DNA from: an uncultured Clostridia bacterium
Lineage (GTDB): Bacteria; Bacillota; Clostridia; Christensenellales; UBA1242
Length of the DNA stretch: 64,000 nt
Direction: 5' to 3'
NCBI GenBank assembly: GCA_930990515.1
Contig: CAKNPS010000001.1
Location: forward strand, 226,661 to 290,660
Made by a program: the position numbers and the translations under genes. Of this stretch, positions 1 through 10,300 are shown piece after piece. Within the stretch, counting starts at the first letter, position 1, and each line of letters begins with the position of its first letter. A model generated the notes under the pieces. That model worked only from the letters and a program-made list of their open reading frames with translations, did no database searches and was not told where the DNA came from.

Positions 1-1047
<1,047 letters not shown>

Positions 1048-1054
1048 ATTATAT

Positions 1055-1083
1055 ATTTTAAATTAAATACTAGAAAAAGTCAA
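1055..1083 (-). promoter_or_regulatory. sigmaA-type promoter, probably leaderless
   Basis: TTGACT-17 bp-TAAAAT, 7 nt before the ATG at 1047, with no Shine-Dalgarno. Confidence 0.65.
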
Positions 1084-1227
1084 GAAGAATAGAAATTAAA
1101 TAACACAAAAAATAGACTTAAACTGAACCAAAAAGTTATTAAAAATTTTAAAAAATATAAGTAAAATAAGTTTAAAAAATGAAAAATATCAAAAAAATAA
1201 TAAAAAATTGCAAAAAAAACTAAATTT

Positions 1228-2628
1228 TTATGCAACTTCTGTTAATTTTTCGTTTGATTTATTAAAATATACAAATGAAGGGCTATCATCTTTAACATAG
1301 TGAAGGACAAATTCAAATTCATCTTTTGCTTCTTTAAATTTGCCTTCATTATAAAATCTTACACCATTTTCAAACTTATTTTTAAGTTTAATAAGTTTTT
1401 CCTTTTTACCTTTAGGATAATATTCTAAACTTTCAAAAAGTTGAATTTTATCTTTCTCTAAACTTAAGCAACCAGTATAACGATATTGAAAATCAAATTT
1501 TTGAGGCAAATCGTCAAGGCTTAATTTTGAAATCAAAAATCTTGTTCCGATGTAATCGTTTATTTCCTGCATTTTACTCATTAATGATAAAATATCTGTC
1601 ATAATTGTTGGACTTTTTCTTTCTTCATCTCCAACAATTCCAAAAACAAACACTCCAGTATGCAAACAAATTCTCGATTGGAAACTTGATTTTTGGTTTT
1701 TATTTTTACTATCTAAAGCCTTTAAAATGGCGTGCGAACATTCAATGGCATTTTCTGAATTTGCAAAAACTGCTAAAATTCCTTCTCCTAAATATTTATC
1801 AATAAAACCTTCATATCGTTTAATCAATGGCGCGACAACTTTAAAATAAGAATTGATGTAATTAAAATTTTCTTCCAATGTCAAACTTTTTGAAGATTGA
1901 TTTTTTAAATCACAAAAAAGAACAGTCGCTTTTTTTTGAATTTGATTGCCAATTTCAAGTTCTTTTATGTTGTTTTTGCCTAAAAATTTTAAAATTTGCT
2001 TTGGTAAATATTTTTGTGCTTCCAAATTAGCAATGCGAATTTTATTATCTTTTTCTTTATAAATATAATTAATTTTATTTAGCGAATGTTCAATTTCTTG
2101 AAATTGTTTATTACCACCGACTTTGAAATCATCAAATTTTGCCCTGCCATCTCCCAGTTTTTGAGTGATTTTCTCAACATTTTTTAAAGGTTTGCAAGCA
2201 AAAATTATTAAAACAAAAAGTAGCACAAGATATAAAATTGTCGCAAACAAAATCCAAAGAAGTGCATTGAAATTCTCCCCAGTATCAATGTTTAAAGTTG
2301 TTCTTACTGACTGGCTGGTTATATCATTCATATTCCCTATTTGAGAAATGTAAACAGCAAAAAGTCCATATATAATAGAAAGTGGAACAATGGAGAAAAA
2401 AAGTTGATTAGAAAGAGACAGGCTTCGCAAGAAAATGATATACAAAATTGTAAAAGAAATTAAAAAGGCAATAAGAAAGCCAAGTGCAACATATCCCAAA
2501 GTGGAAAAATTGAAAACAAATCCATTTTCGGTTGCCACAATGCTGGACGCTAAATATCTAAATAGAAAGATATTTGGAATTAACAAAACTATAGTAATTA
2601 TCGTCAAAATTTTCGTTGATGTTTTCAT
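1228..2628 (-). CDS. Membrane protein with HAMP-like linker and class III adenylate/guanylate-cyclase-like domain (degenerate)
   Basis: About 4 TM helices, then TVLFCDL, FIDKYLGEGILAVF and RICLHTG. Start moved to MKTSTK (2628) to avoid overlap with the divergent gene. Confidence 0.75.
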   Translation of the reverse strand: MKTSTKILTIITIVLLIPNIFLFRYLASSIVATENGFVFNFSTLGYVALGFLIAFLISFTILYIIFLRSLSLSNQLFFSIVPLSIIYGLFAVYISQIGNMNDITSQSVRTTLNIDTGENFNALLWILFATILYLVLLFVLIIFACKPLKNVEKITQKLGDGRAKFDDFKVGGNKQFQEIEHSLNKINYIYKEKDNKIRIANLEAQKYLPKQILKFLGKNNIKELEIGNQIQKKATVLFCDLKNQSSKSLTLEENFNYINSYFKVVAPLIKRYEGFIDKYLGEGILAVFANSENAIECSHAILKALDSKNKNQKSSFQSRICLHTGVFVFGIVGDEERKSPTIMTDILSLMSKMQEINDYIGTRFLISKLSLDDLPQKFDFQYRYTGCLSLEKDKIQLFESLEYYPKGKKEKLIKLKNKFENGVRFYNEGKFKEAKDEFEFVLHYVKDDSPSFVYFNKSNEKLTEVA

Positions 2629-2719
2629 ATTGATAGTTTGAGAAAAAGTTTTAATTGTATGCAATAAAATTTTGCATAATATGTCGAAATGTGACGATAA
2701 TAATTTTAAGGAGAAAATT

Positions 2720-3172
2720 ATGGAAGAAAAAGAAGAAATCACAAAATATTTAAACGCCATATATCAAAACACAAGAACAGCAATTCAATCGATAGACGAA
2801 ATAATAAAAAAGGCAACAAGCAAGGAATTTATTAGCGAACTTAGCAACGAAGAAGATGCCTACAGCGTGCTTGCAAAAGAATGTGAAAATTTTGCAAAGG
2901 CAGAAAAAATTGAAGGTCTTAAGGACAACAATTTTATTGAAAAAGCAAAACTATGGACAAGCATAAATATGTCAACACTTATGGACGATTCTGATAGAAA
3001 GATTGCTGAACTTATGCTTTTTGGCACATTTATGGGAGTAATCACCTGCATCAAAGATAAAAATGACCATGAAGGAGTGTCCAGCGAACTTGACGAGATT
3101 TTAGATAAATTGACAAATTTAGAAAGGCAAAATATCGAAAATCTAATTCCGTTTTTAAAAGAAAAGAAGTAA
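2720..3172 (+). CDS. Conserved clostridial helical protein (possibly ferritin-like fold)
   Basis: AAGGAG RBS before the ATG at 2720; SDRKIAELMLFGTFMGV segment recalls clostridial conserved hypotheticals. Confidence 0.6.
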   Translation: MEEKEEITKYLNAIYQNTRTAIQSIDEIIKKATSKEFISELSNEEDAYSVLAKECENFAKAEKIEGLKDNNFIEKAKLWTSINMSTLMDDSDRKIAELMLFGTFMGVITCIKDKNDHEGVSSELDEILDKLTNLERQNIENLIPFLKEKK

Positions 3173-3190
3173 AATTTTTACTTCTTTTCT
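3160..3190. terminator. Bidirectional intrinsic terminator
   Basis: AGAAAAGAAGTAAAA-T-TTTTACTTCTTTTCT inverted repeat between convergent genes. Confidence 0.55.
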
Positions 3191-3208
3191 TTAGATTTTA
3201 AATAAAAA

Positions 3209-4135
3209 TTAAGTATTTTTTATGTTTTTTAGCAAAATTTCATAATTTTTATTTAAATTTTTCTCATTTTTTATTATCCCTTCTATTTTCTCACTGATAT
3301 CATATTTTAAAGAAATTTCTAAAATTTTTTTATCTGAAAGCATAACAACTTTTTCATTTTGGTTTATAAACAAAAATATGGTCGTTCTGTTTGCCTGAAT
3401 TTTTTTTAACAAATCTTTAATTTTGACATCATTTGATAATACATATAAACGCGGTTTAGTAAAACTTTTCGTTTCTTTATTATAAATGCTAATTTTTTCA
3501 TACTTACTGATAAAATTCAAGTCCAAGATTCCAAGGACTAAAAACACTCCAAAAAGAAGAAATGTCGGATTGAAATTTATAAAACAAAATACAATAAAAA
3601 GTAAAAAACACAAAAAACTAAGGAAAAAATTGATAAAAAATGTGATTTTTATAGCATTTTTTCTATTTATTAAATTTGAAACCATCGAAACAAAAATTCT
3701 TCCACCATCAAGTGGATAGGCTGGCAATAGGTTTGATAAAGCAATAATCAAACTTATTTCCACAAAACCAGCTGTCCAAAAATATGTTATGGGAAAAATC
3801 CACCAAAGTGCTGTAATAAATAGTGCCGAAATTAAATTGACAAATGGTCCAGCAAATGCAATATAAATTTCATCTCTTTCTTCAAGTGCTTGTCCATAAT
3901 ATGAAAGACTAACACCATAAGGCGATAAAGAAAATTTGGAAAGTTTGTAACCGCGATACTTTGCCATAAAATAATGCCCTAGTTCGTGAAGAAGTATGAC
4001 AAAAAAATAGTTTAAGGCAATTGAAAAACTATCTACAAAGATAAGCCAAACAAGTATGATAAAAAATGTAGGGTTTATTTGAAACTTTCCCTTCTTATCA
4101 AAATTTTTTAATTGCATAACTTCAACACTTTTCAA
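3209..4135 (-). CDS. spoIVFB: M50 intramembrane metalloprotease, SpoIVFB-like
   Basis: HELGH and NLLPAYPLDGG motifs; AFAGPFVNL; sporulation-gene context. Confidence 0.75.
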   Translation of the reverse strand: MKSVEVMQLKNFDKKGKFQINPTFFIILVWLIFVDSFSIALNYFFVILLHELGHYFMAKYRGYKLSKFSLSPYGVSLSYYGQALEERDEIYIAFAGPFVNLISALFITALWWIFPITYFWTAGFVEISLIIALSNLLPAYPLDGGRIFVSMVSNLINRKNAIKITFFINFFLSFLCFLLFIVFCFINFNPTFLLFGVFLVLGILDLNFISKYEKISIYNKETKSFTKPRLYVLSNDVKIKDLLKKIQANRTTIFLFINQNEKVVMLSDKKILEISLKYDISEKIEGIIKNEKNLNKNYEILLKNIKNT

Positions 4136-4162
4136 TATCTAAATTACCCTAAAAATTAAAAA

Positions 4163-4297
4163 CTAAAAAAATAAATTAGAAAAGACAATGACAACAAATA
4201 CCACAAGAAAAAAGAGTGGCAAAACGATTTTAAGTTTAATTCTATACCCCTTTCTTACATTCTCAAAATTGTTACCATAAGACTTTATCTTCTCCAT
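4163..4297 (-). CDS. Possible 44-aa single-pass membrane peptide
   Basis: Manual translation MEKIKSYGNNFENVRKGYRIKLKIVLPLFFLVVFVVIVFSNLFF; TATAAT 5 nt upstream; below the ORF-track cutoff. Confidence 0.35.
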   Translation of the reverse strand: MEKIKSYGNNFENVRKGYRIKLKIVLPLFFLVVFVVIVFSNLFF

Positions 4298-4366
4298 AAG
4301 ACATTATATGTTAATTTAGTAAAATTAAGAAACATAAAATATAAAAAATAGAAAGTCTTTCACTTT

Positions 4367-5032
4367 CTATTTTACTTGTTCTATTGAACATTTTTCATTG
4401 GTTTTATAAATATTTTCAAATACCTTTGAAAGTATTTCTCGTTCGCTTGAACTTCGTTCCAGCATAAACGCTTTTATATCTGAAAAATCGATAATTCTAT
4501 CTTCAATTGTTTTAGGATTTAATCCTGCTCTATATTCATCACTAAATTCAATCAATTCTATATTTTCTTCATTTGTCGAGCCATTAAGATAATCTTGTTT
4601 TTTTAGGAAACCTTTTTTACATTTAGATGAAATAACTTTAAAATCATTAACAAAAATTTCTAAAAAAGGTTTTGTTATATCAATATAATCTCTTATCGTT
4701 TCAAGTGCGACATAATATTTTCCAATTTGCTTAAATTCTTGCTTTGTATAAGAAATCATTTCTCCGTTTTGTGTAGTATCTAAAAAATTTGTTCTTATTT
4801 CCACTTTTTCAATATTTAGAATTTTCTTTAATTCACGAGCAATATCTCCTAGTCTAAATTTTGAAATTTTCTTCCATTCATTTTCAATTTGTTTAAGTAT
4901 TCCATAAACTTCACTAAATGCTGGAATAAGTTTAATATCAAACCACTCTGGAATATCTAAAAATTGTTTTTTTTCCTTAACTTCAAGATATTTTTTATAT
5001 GTGTGTTCCCATTTTTTTAAAATTTCCAGCAT
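4367..5032 (-). CDS. Hypothetical protein (orphan-like)
   Basis: 221-aa ORF with AAGGAG RBS; no recognisable motif. Confidence 0.7.
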   Translation of the reverse strand: MLEILKKWEHTYKKYLEVKEKKQFLDIPEWFDIKLIPAFSEVYGILKQIENEWKKISKFRLGDIARELKKILNIEKVEIRTNFLDTTQNGEMISYTKQEFKQIGKYYVALETIRDYIDITKPFLEIFVNDFKVISSKCKKGFLKKQDYLNGSTNEENIELIEFSDEYRAGLNPKTIEDRIIDFSDIKAFMLERSSSEREILSKVFENIYKTNEKCSIEQVK

Positions 5033-5120
5033 TATTTACTCCTTAATTAATTATAGCACAATTTATTAAAAATTGCTATATGTTTTGGGTCTTTAAAAAA
5101 AGATATGAAAATCATATCTT

Positions 5121-5786
5121 TTATGAAACATCGCCGTCAACTTTACGAAGCCCGTCTTCATCTTTCAAAAAGTCTGGCAATTCTTCCGTTTTAAGTTCAA
5201 ATTCATTATATAAACTATCACTTTGCGGTTCTTCTTTTTCTTCTTCGTTAATAACTTTAATACGCTCTAAGAGTTGTTCATAATCTGGAAGTTGTCCTAA
5301 ATCTTCCAAATTAAACCTTTTTAAGAAGTTTTCAGTTGTGGCAAAAAGAAGTGGTTTTCCAACAGCATCTTTTCTTCCAACAACTTCAATCATGTTTTGG
5401 TCAACTAAAATTTGAACAGCATAATCACAATTAACTCTTCTTATGTCTTCAATTTCAAGTTTTGTGATTGGCTGTTTATAGGCAATAATAGCAAGCGTTT
5501 CAAGTGCTGCACGAGTAAGAGATTTTTCTCTGACAGGGTTTAAAACTTCGCTGATATAATCGGCATAAAGTGGGTTTGAAGTGAGTTGAACTTTATTTTT
5601 ATATTTGATTATATGAATCCCCTTTTCTCCCGCATATTCCTTACAAAGCTCTTCAATCACTGCATCTAATTCTTTTGGAGTAATTTCAAGTTTTTGCAAA
5701 ATAAAATCTTTGTCCAGACCATCGCCTGCAACAAACAAAATTGATAACACAATTTCTTTTAATTCTTTTTTATTTTCCACTTTCAT
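5121..5786 (-). CDS. scpB: SMC-Scp complex subunit ScpB
   Basis: LTRAALETLAIIAYKQPITKLEIEDIRRVN and GKPLLFATTENFLKRFNL motifs; follows scpA. Confidence 0.95.
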   Translation of the reverse strand: MKVENKKELKEIVLSILFVAGDGLDKDFILQKLEITPKELDAVIEELCKEYAGEKGIHIIKYKNKVQLTSNPLYADYISEVLNPVREKSLTRAALETLAIIAYKQPITKLEIEDIRRVNCDYAVQILVDQNMIEVVGRKDAVGKPLLFATTENFLKRFNLEDLGQLPDYEQLLERIKVINEEEKEEPQSDSLYNEFELKTEELPDFLKDEDGLRKVDGDVS

Positions 5787-5788
5787 AT

Positions 5789-6571
5789 TTACACCTCATT
5801 TGCAGTTATGACAATATGCCCAAATGTTTCATTCTGCAAAACTTTAACTGTTTGGAGTTTTAATAGTTCCAAAAGTGCCAAAAACACATTAATAAGTTCG
5901 CTTTTTGTCATGTCGTCAGCAAATAATTCTTCGAATTCAAATCTTTTTCTTTCTTTAGCAAAATTTCTGATGGCAATAATCTTTTCTGCAACTGTGAACC
6001 TATCTTTAACAATTTTCTTTGGTTCATCAGGTTTAACTTGTTTTTTAAGTTCTTCTCGTGTCAAGAGTTTTGCGAAAGCATCTAAAAGTTGGTCTAAAAC
6101 AAGGTCCTTAATTACGACTTTAACTTTTTCAGTTTCTTTTCCCGGTTCTCTATACAACTTATTAATATCTTCAATTTGCTTTAAGTCTTGCCCTGCTTTT
6201 TTGAAAAGTTCATATTCTTTAAGCCTACGAAGCAAGATTGCTTCATCATCTTCTTCATCATCTTGTGTTGCTTCTTGCTCAACAGGAATAAGTTTCTTAG
6301 ACTTAATTTCAATAAGTGTGGCTGCCACAGTAATAAACTCGCTTGCCTTGTCCATATCCACATTTTTAAGGTCCTGCATATAGTTTAAATACTGCTCCGT
6401 AATATCAGCAAGTTTAACGGTTGCAATATCAAGTTTTGCTTCTTTAATAAGATGAAGAAGAAGGTCAAGTGGTCCTTCAAAGTTGTCAAGTTTAAAACGA
6501 TAAGCATCAGAAGACAAAAGCATATCCTCTTGCTTTTCGGTAACATTATCAGTTTGCACCACTTCTTCCAT
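5789..6571 (-). CDS. scpA: Segregation/condensation kleisin ScpA
   Basis: FEGPLDLLLHLI...ITEQYL and C-terminal FLALLEL motifs. Confidence 0.95.
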   Translation of the reverse strand: MEEVVQTDNVTEKQEDMLLSSDAYRFKLDNFEGPLDLLLHLIKEAKLDIATVKLADITEQYLNYMQDLKNVDMDKASEFITVAATLIEIKSKKLIPVEQEATQDDEEDDEAILLRRLKEYELFKKAGQDLKQIEDINKLYREPGKETEKVKVVIKDLVLDQLLDAFAKLLTREELKKQVKPDEPKKIVKDRFTVAEKIIAIRNFAKERKRFEFEELFADDMTKSELINVFLALLELLKLQTVKVLQNETFGHIVITANEV

Positions 6572-6748
6572 TGCTTTCCCCTTTTAAACTAATTTAATTA
6601 TAACAAAAAGCGAAAGAAAAAAGCAAACAAATTTACAAATAATACTTCCATATTACAACATATTTTGTGTAATATGCTTTGCATAACACCACAATTTGTT
6701 GTTTAAATAAAAAAAGTCTGCTAAATGCAGCAGACTAATTTTTTAATT

Positions 6749-7897
6749 TTACCAGTTTTCAATAACCTTTTTAGCACTGTCAAAATAAGAACTATGTTTA
6801 ACGTCTGTTTTGACAATTAAGTCAATTTCTTTCACAATATTTCCGTCTTTTGTCACCTTTACACTTCCAACCTTTTGTCCGTTCTTTAAAGGTGCTTTCA
6901 GTGTTGTTGGAAGATTAACATTTGTTTCATAAGTTGTATTATTTCCCTTTTTCATTATAGCAACAAAGTTTTCACTTGCATATACATCGCAATTTTCCAT
7001 TTTCCCCTTGCTTATTGGAAGTTTTGAAATTGGAGTGTTTACATCAACAAGAAATTTATTTTCAAAATTTGCAAAACCATAATTTAAAAGAAGTGAACTC
7101 TCATTAAATCTTGTTTTACTGTTTTCTGCACCAATAATAACCGAAATAAGTCGCATATCACCACGCTTTGCACTTGCAGTCAAGCAACACCCCGCTTCAT
7201 TTGTTGAACCAGTTTTTCCACCATCACAACCTTCAAAATAACGAATAAGTTTATTGGTGTTGACAAGTTCTGTTTTTCTTCCAGATGGGTGTGTAAGTTC
7301 GTCCATCCAAATTGTCGAATATTTATGATATAATTCGTGCTTCAAAATTTCTCTCATAAGAATAGCACAATCTTTGGCACAGGAATATTGCTCTGGTGCA
7401 GGAAGTCCTGTGCAATTTGCATAATTTGTGTCATTCATTCCAAGTTCTTTCGCTCGCTTGTTCATACGATTTGTAAAACTTTTTTCGTTTCCATTGAAAT
7501 ATTCAGCAAGAGCAACTGATGCATCGTTTGCTGATGCCATAATAACTGATTTTAGTAGGTCTTCAAATGTATATTCAACATAAGGGTCAATAAAAACTTG
7601 CGAGCCACCCATTCCAGAAGCATTTTCTGTGGTTGATATTAAACTGTCGAGAGCAATGTTTCCCTCTTCATATTCTTCAAGAGAAATCAGAATTGTCATC
7701 ATCTTAACCATACTTGCAATAGGAAGATGCAAAGTTGGATTTTTTTCAAACAAGACTTCCCCACTTGAATAATCCATCAAAAGCCCACTTTTTGAAATTA
7801 TATCAACGTCACTTTCTGCTCTTGCAATGAAAGTTGGAGAAAGTAACAAAGAGAATGCTAATAGAACTATAAATGATGATGAAATAAATTTTTTCAT
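6749..7897 (-). CDS. dacF: D-alanyl-D-alanine carboxypeptidase (S11), DacF-like
   Basis: Signal peptide, ASMVK (SxxK), SANDA (SxN), GGKTG, LVNTNKLIR; start at MKKF after GGAG. Confidence 0.8.
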   Translation of the reverse strand: MKKFISSSFIVLLAFSLLLSPTFIARAESDVDIISKSGLLMDYSSGEVLFEKNPTLHLPIASMVKMMTILISLEEYEEGNIALDSLISTTENASGMGGSQVFIDPYVEYTFEDLLKSVIMASANDASVALAEYFNGNEKSFTNRMNKRAKELGMNDTNYANCTGLPAPEQYSCAKDCAILMREILKHELYHKYSTIWMDELTHPSGRKTELVNTNKLIRYFEGCDGGKTGSTNEAGCCLTASAKRGDMRLISVIIGAENSKTRFNESSLLLNYGFANFENKFLVDVNTPISKLPISKGKMENCDVYASENFVAIMKKGNNTTYETNVNLPTTLKAPLKNGQKVGSVKVTKDGNIVKEIDLIVKTDVKHSSYFDSAKKVIENW

Positions 7898-8101
7898 AAA
7901 AAACTCCTTTTTACTAGTTTTTTCAAAAGGAAAATTTTTATACACACTAGGTTTTATAGTTCGTAACTATTTCCAAAATTTTTGATTAAATAAAAAATAA
8001 GGTGTTTTTTAAACGATTTATTTGTTTCAAAAAGCACTTTCTTGCAGAATTTGTCAATTAATTAAAACTATTAAAAAGCAATCAAAAACAGCTGACAGCT
8101 G

Positions 8102-8725
8102 TCAGATTACTAAAATCACTTGCCCATTTAAAAGATAAAGCAACAATGTCTCCACCAAATTTACTAGAACAAGAAGGAGAAATCCAAACAAAAGAAAGAG
8201 AAATCTGTTGCAATCAGTTCCACCAAAACGCTTGCAATTTGAATTTATTTTGGAAAGTATAAGATAAAACATAATGAGAATGAAAAGAGTTAAAAGTTGA
8301 CACGGCAAAATGACAACAATTGCTGTCAAACTCCCGCCTAAGCCATAAAGAATGAAAATTAAAGCAAAATTTAGCCCAAACAAATATCCACGATAAATAA
8401 TCAAAATTTCTGCAAGCGGAAATAGAAAAGGAACAAATGACACTCCAAAAAGAATTAGCACGTTAATTGAAAGCGACAATGTCCTTGAAAAAAAGGCAGA
8501 AGACGACCCCACAAACCCAGATTTAAAATCATCAAGCGAAATCTCTTGCAAACTGGAAAGACTTGAATTGTTGGAATGACGAATTGCCACAAACACTCCA
8601 ACAGAAATGGCAACAATGCACAAAATCAAAGTTATGATAAACTTAGCTCTATTTTCCCTTAATGTTTTACTAACTGAGAACCTAAGTCCATTGATAAAAG
8701 AATGACTTTTATATGATTTAAACAT
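8102..8725 (-). CDS. spoIIM: Stage II sporulation protein M-like membrane protein
   Basis: 5-TM pattern with YRGYLFG and VILPCQ; lies upstream of dacF as in other spore formers. Confidence 0.65.
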   Translation of the reverse strand: MFKSYKSHSFINGLRFSVSKTLRENRAKFIITLILCIVAISVGVFVAIRHSNNSSLSSLQEISLDDFKSGFVGSSSAFFSRTLSLSINVLILFGVSFVPFLFPLAEILIIYRGYLFGLNFALIFILYGLGGSLTAIVVILPCQLLTLFILIMFYLILSKINSNCKRFGGTDCNRFLFLLFGFLLLVLVNLVETLLLYLLNGQVILVI

Positions 8726-8853
8726 ATAATATGATATTAAAAAATAATTAAGATTATGATTTAAATTTAATCAAACTATGCAACCTTAAAAGCAGATAAA
8801 AACATATCTTTAAATCATCTAATAACTAGTAAAAAATTTAAGTAAAATAAAAT

Positions 8854-10206
8854 CTATTTCAAAACGCTATTCATTATCTCAATGCACTTATCGACACTTT
8901 CGCTGACCGTTTGGTTTGATGTATCAATGACATAAGCATCTGGCATCTTTTTGATTGCTCCGTGCTCGCGATGGATATCTTTGTAATCTCTATCTCTTAA
9001 ATCTTCCAAAATCTTTTCAAAAGTTATGTCAGTATTACCCATCATTTGTTGCTGTTCAAACCTTCTTGTTGCTCTAACATTCTCATCAGCGGTCACAAAA
9101 AACTTGAAATCGGCATTTGGCAAAACTTCACTTCCAATATCTCTACCTTCCATAACAGTATTGTTGTTTTCAGCAAATTTTCTTTGAATTTTTAAAACTT
9201 TTTCACGAATAGCGACAAAAGGAGAAAGTTTTGCAGAAAGCACGCTTATTTCTTCCGTTCTAAGTTCCTTTGTGTAGTCAACCCCATTCACTAAAACATG
9301 TTGAAGCCCATTAACAAATTTAATATCAACAAAGATTTGTCTAGCAAATTGGCTTATAGTCTCCTCATTAATTTTATTTTCGTCATTATGCAGATACTTA
9401 AACGCACAAGCAATACCACGATAAACTGCTCCTGTGTCAAAAACACGATAACCTAGTCTTCTTGCAAGTTCCTTTGCAATGGTGCTTTTCCCTGAACAAA
9501 CATAGCCATCAATGGCAACATTAATAACTTTTCTCTCTTTCATTTTGTCCATAATTAAATTATAACAAAAATCAATCGTTTCTTCCAATGACATATCTGA
9601 ATTATCAACGATAATACTATCTTCCACTGGTTTAAGTGGTGCAACTTCTCTAGTGGAATCACGCTCATCTCTTTCTCTTAAATCTTTCAGAACTTCTTCA
9701 AAAGTGACTTCGTCACCTTTTAATTTTGCTTCTTCAAATCTTCGTTCAGCACGCTTATTTTCGTCAGCAGTAAGGAAAATTTTGATGTTTGCATCAGGCA
9801 TAACGACCGAGCCTATATCTCTGCCTTCCATAACAACATTATGTCGGCTAGCAAAGTCTTTGGCAATTTCAAGATATTTTTCTCTCACAATCGGAAAAGC
9901 AGAAATTTTTGATGCCATTTGACTTATCGTTTCTGTTCTAATAAATGGTGTTACATTTTCGTTGTTCACAAAAACATTTTGAATGTCGTCTGTGAATCTT
10001 ACTTCAATTTTGTTATTTTTTAATAACTCTTTAACGTTATTTTCGACAACTTCAGTCCCATAAGTCTTTTCATAAGCATAAGCAAAGGCTCTAAAAATCG
10101 CTCCTGTGTCCAATCTTTTAAAAGAATTTCCAAGTCTTCTAATAAGACCTTGGGCAAGTGTAGATTTTCCAGACCCCATATATCCATCAATGGCAACTTT
10201 AAACAT
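8854..10206 (-). CDS. cmk: Cytidylate kinase with two tandem Cmk domains
   Basis: Two copies of VAIDG..SGKST / DTGA..R / EGRDIG / RD..D; GGAGGAG RBS before MFKVAID. Confidence 0.9.
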   Translation of the reverse strand: MFKVAIDGYMGSGKSTLAQGLIRRLGNSFKRLDTGAIFRAFAYAYEKTYGTEVVENNVKELLKNNKIEVRFTDDIQNVFVNNENVTPFIRTETISQMASKISAFPIVREKYLEIAKDFASRHNVVMEGRDIGSVVMPDANIKIFLTADENKRAERRFEEAKLKGDEVTFEEVLKDLRERDERDSTREVAPLKPVEDSIIVDNSDMSLEETIDFCYNLIMDKMKERKVINVAIDGYVCSGKSTIAKELARRLGYRVFDTGAVYRGIACAFKYLHNDENKINEETISQFARQIFVDIKFVNGLQHVLVNGVDYTKELRTEEISVLSAKLSPFVAIREKVLKIQRKFAENNNTVMEGRDIGSEVLPNADFKFFVTADENVRATRRFEQQQMMGNTDITFEKILEDLRDRDYKDIHREHGAIKKMPDAYVIDTSNQTVSESVDKCIEIMNSVLK

Positions 10207-10300
10207 ATTCTCTTCTCCTCCCAATTTTTTTTATTATAACACAACAAAAAAATTAGGCAAAGAAAATTCGCCCAATTTTTATTTTAAAATTTTTTTGTAT

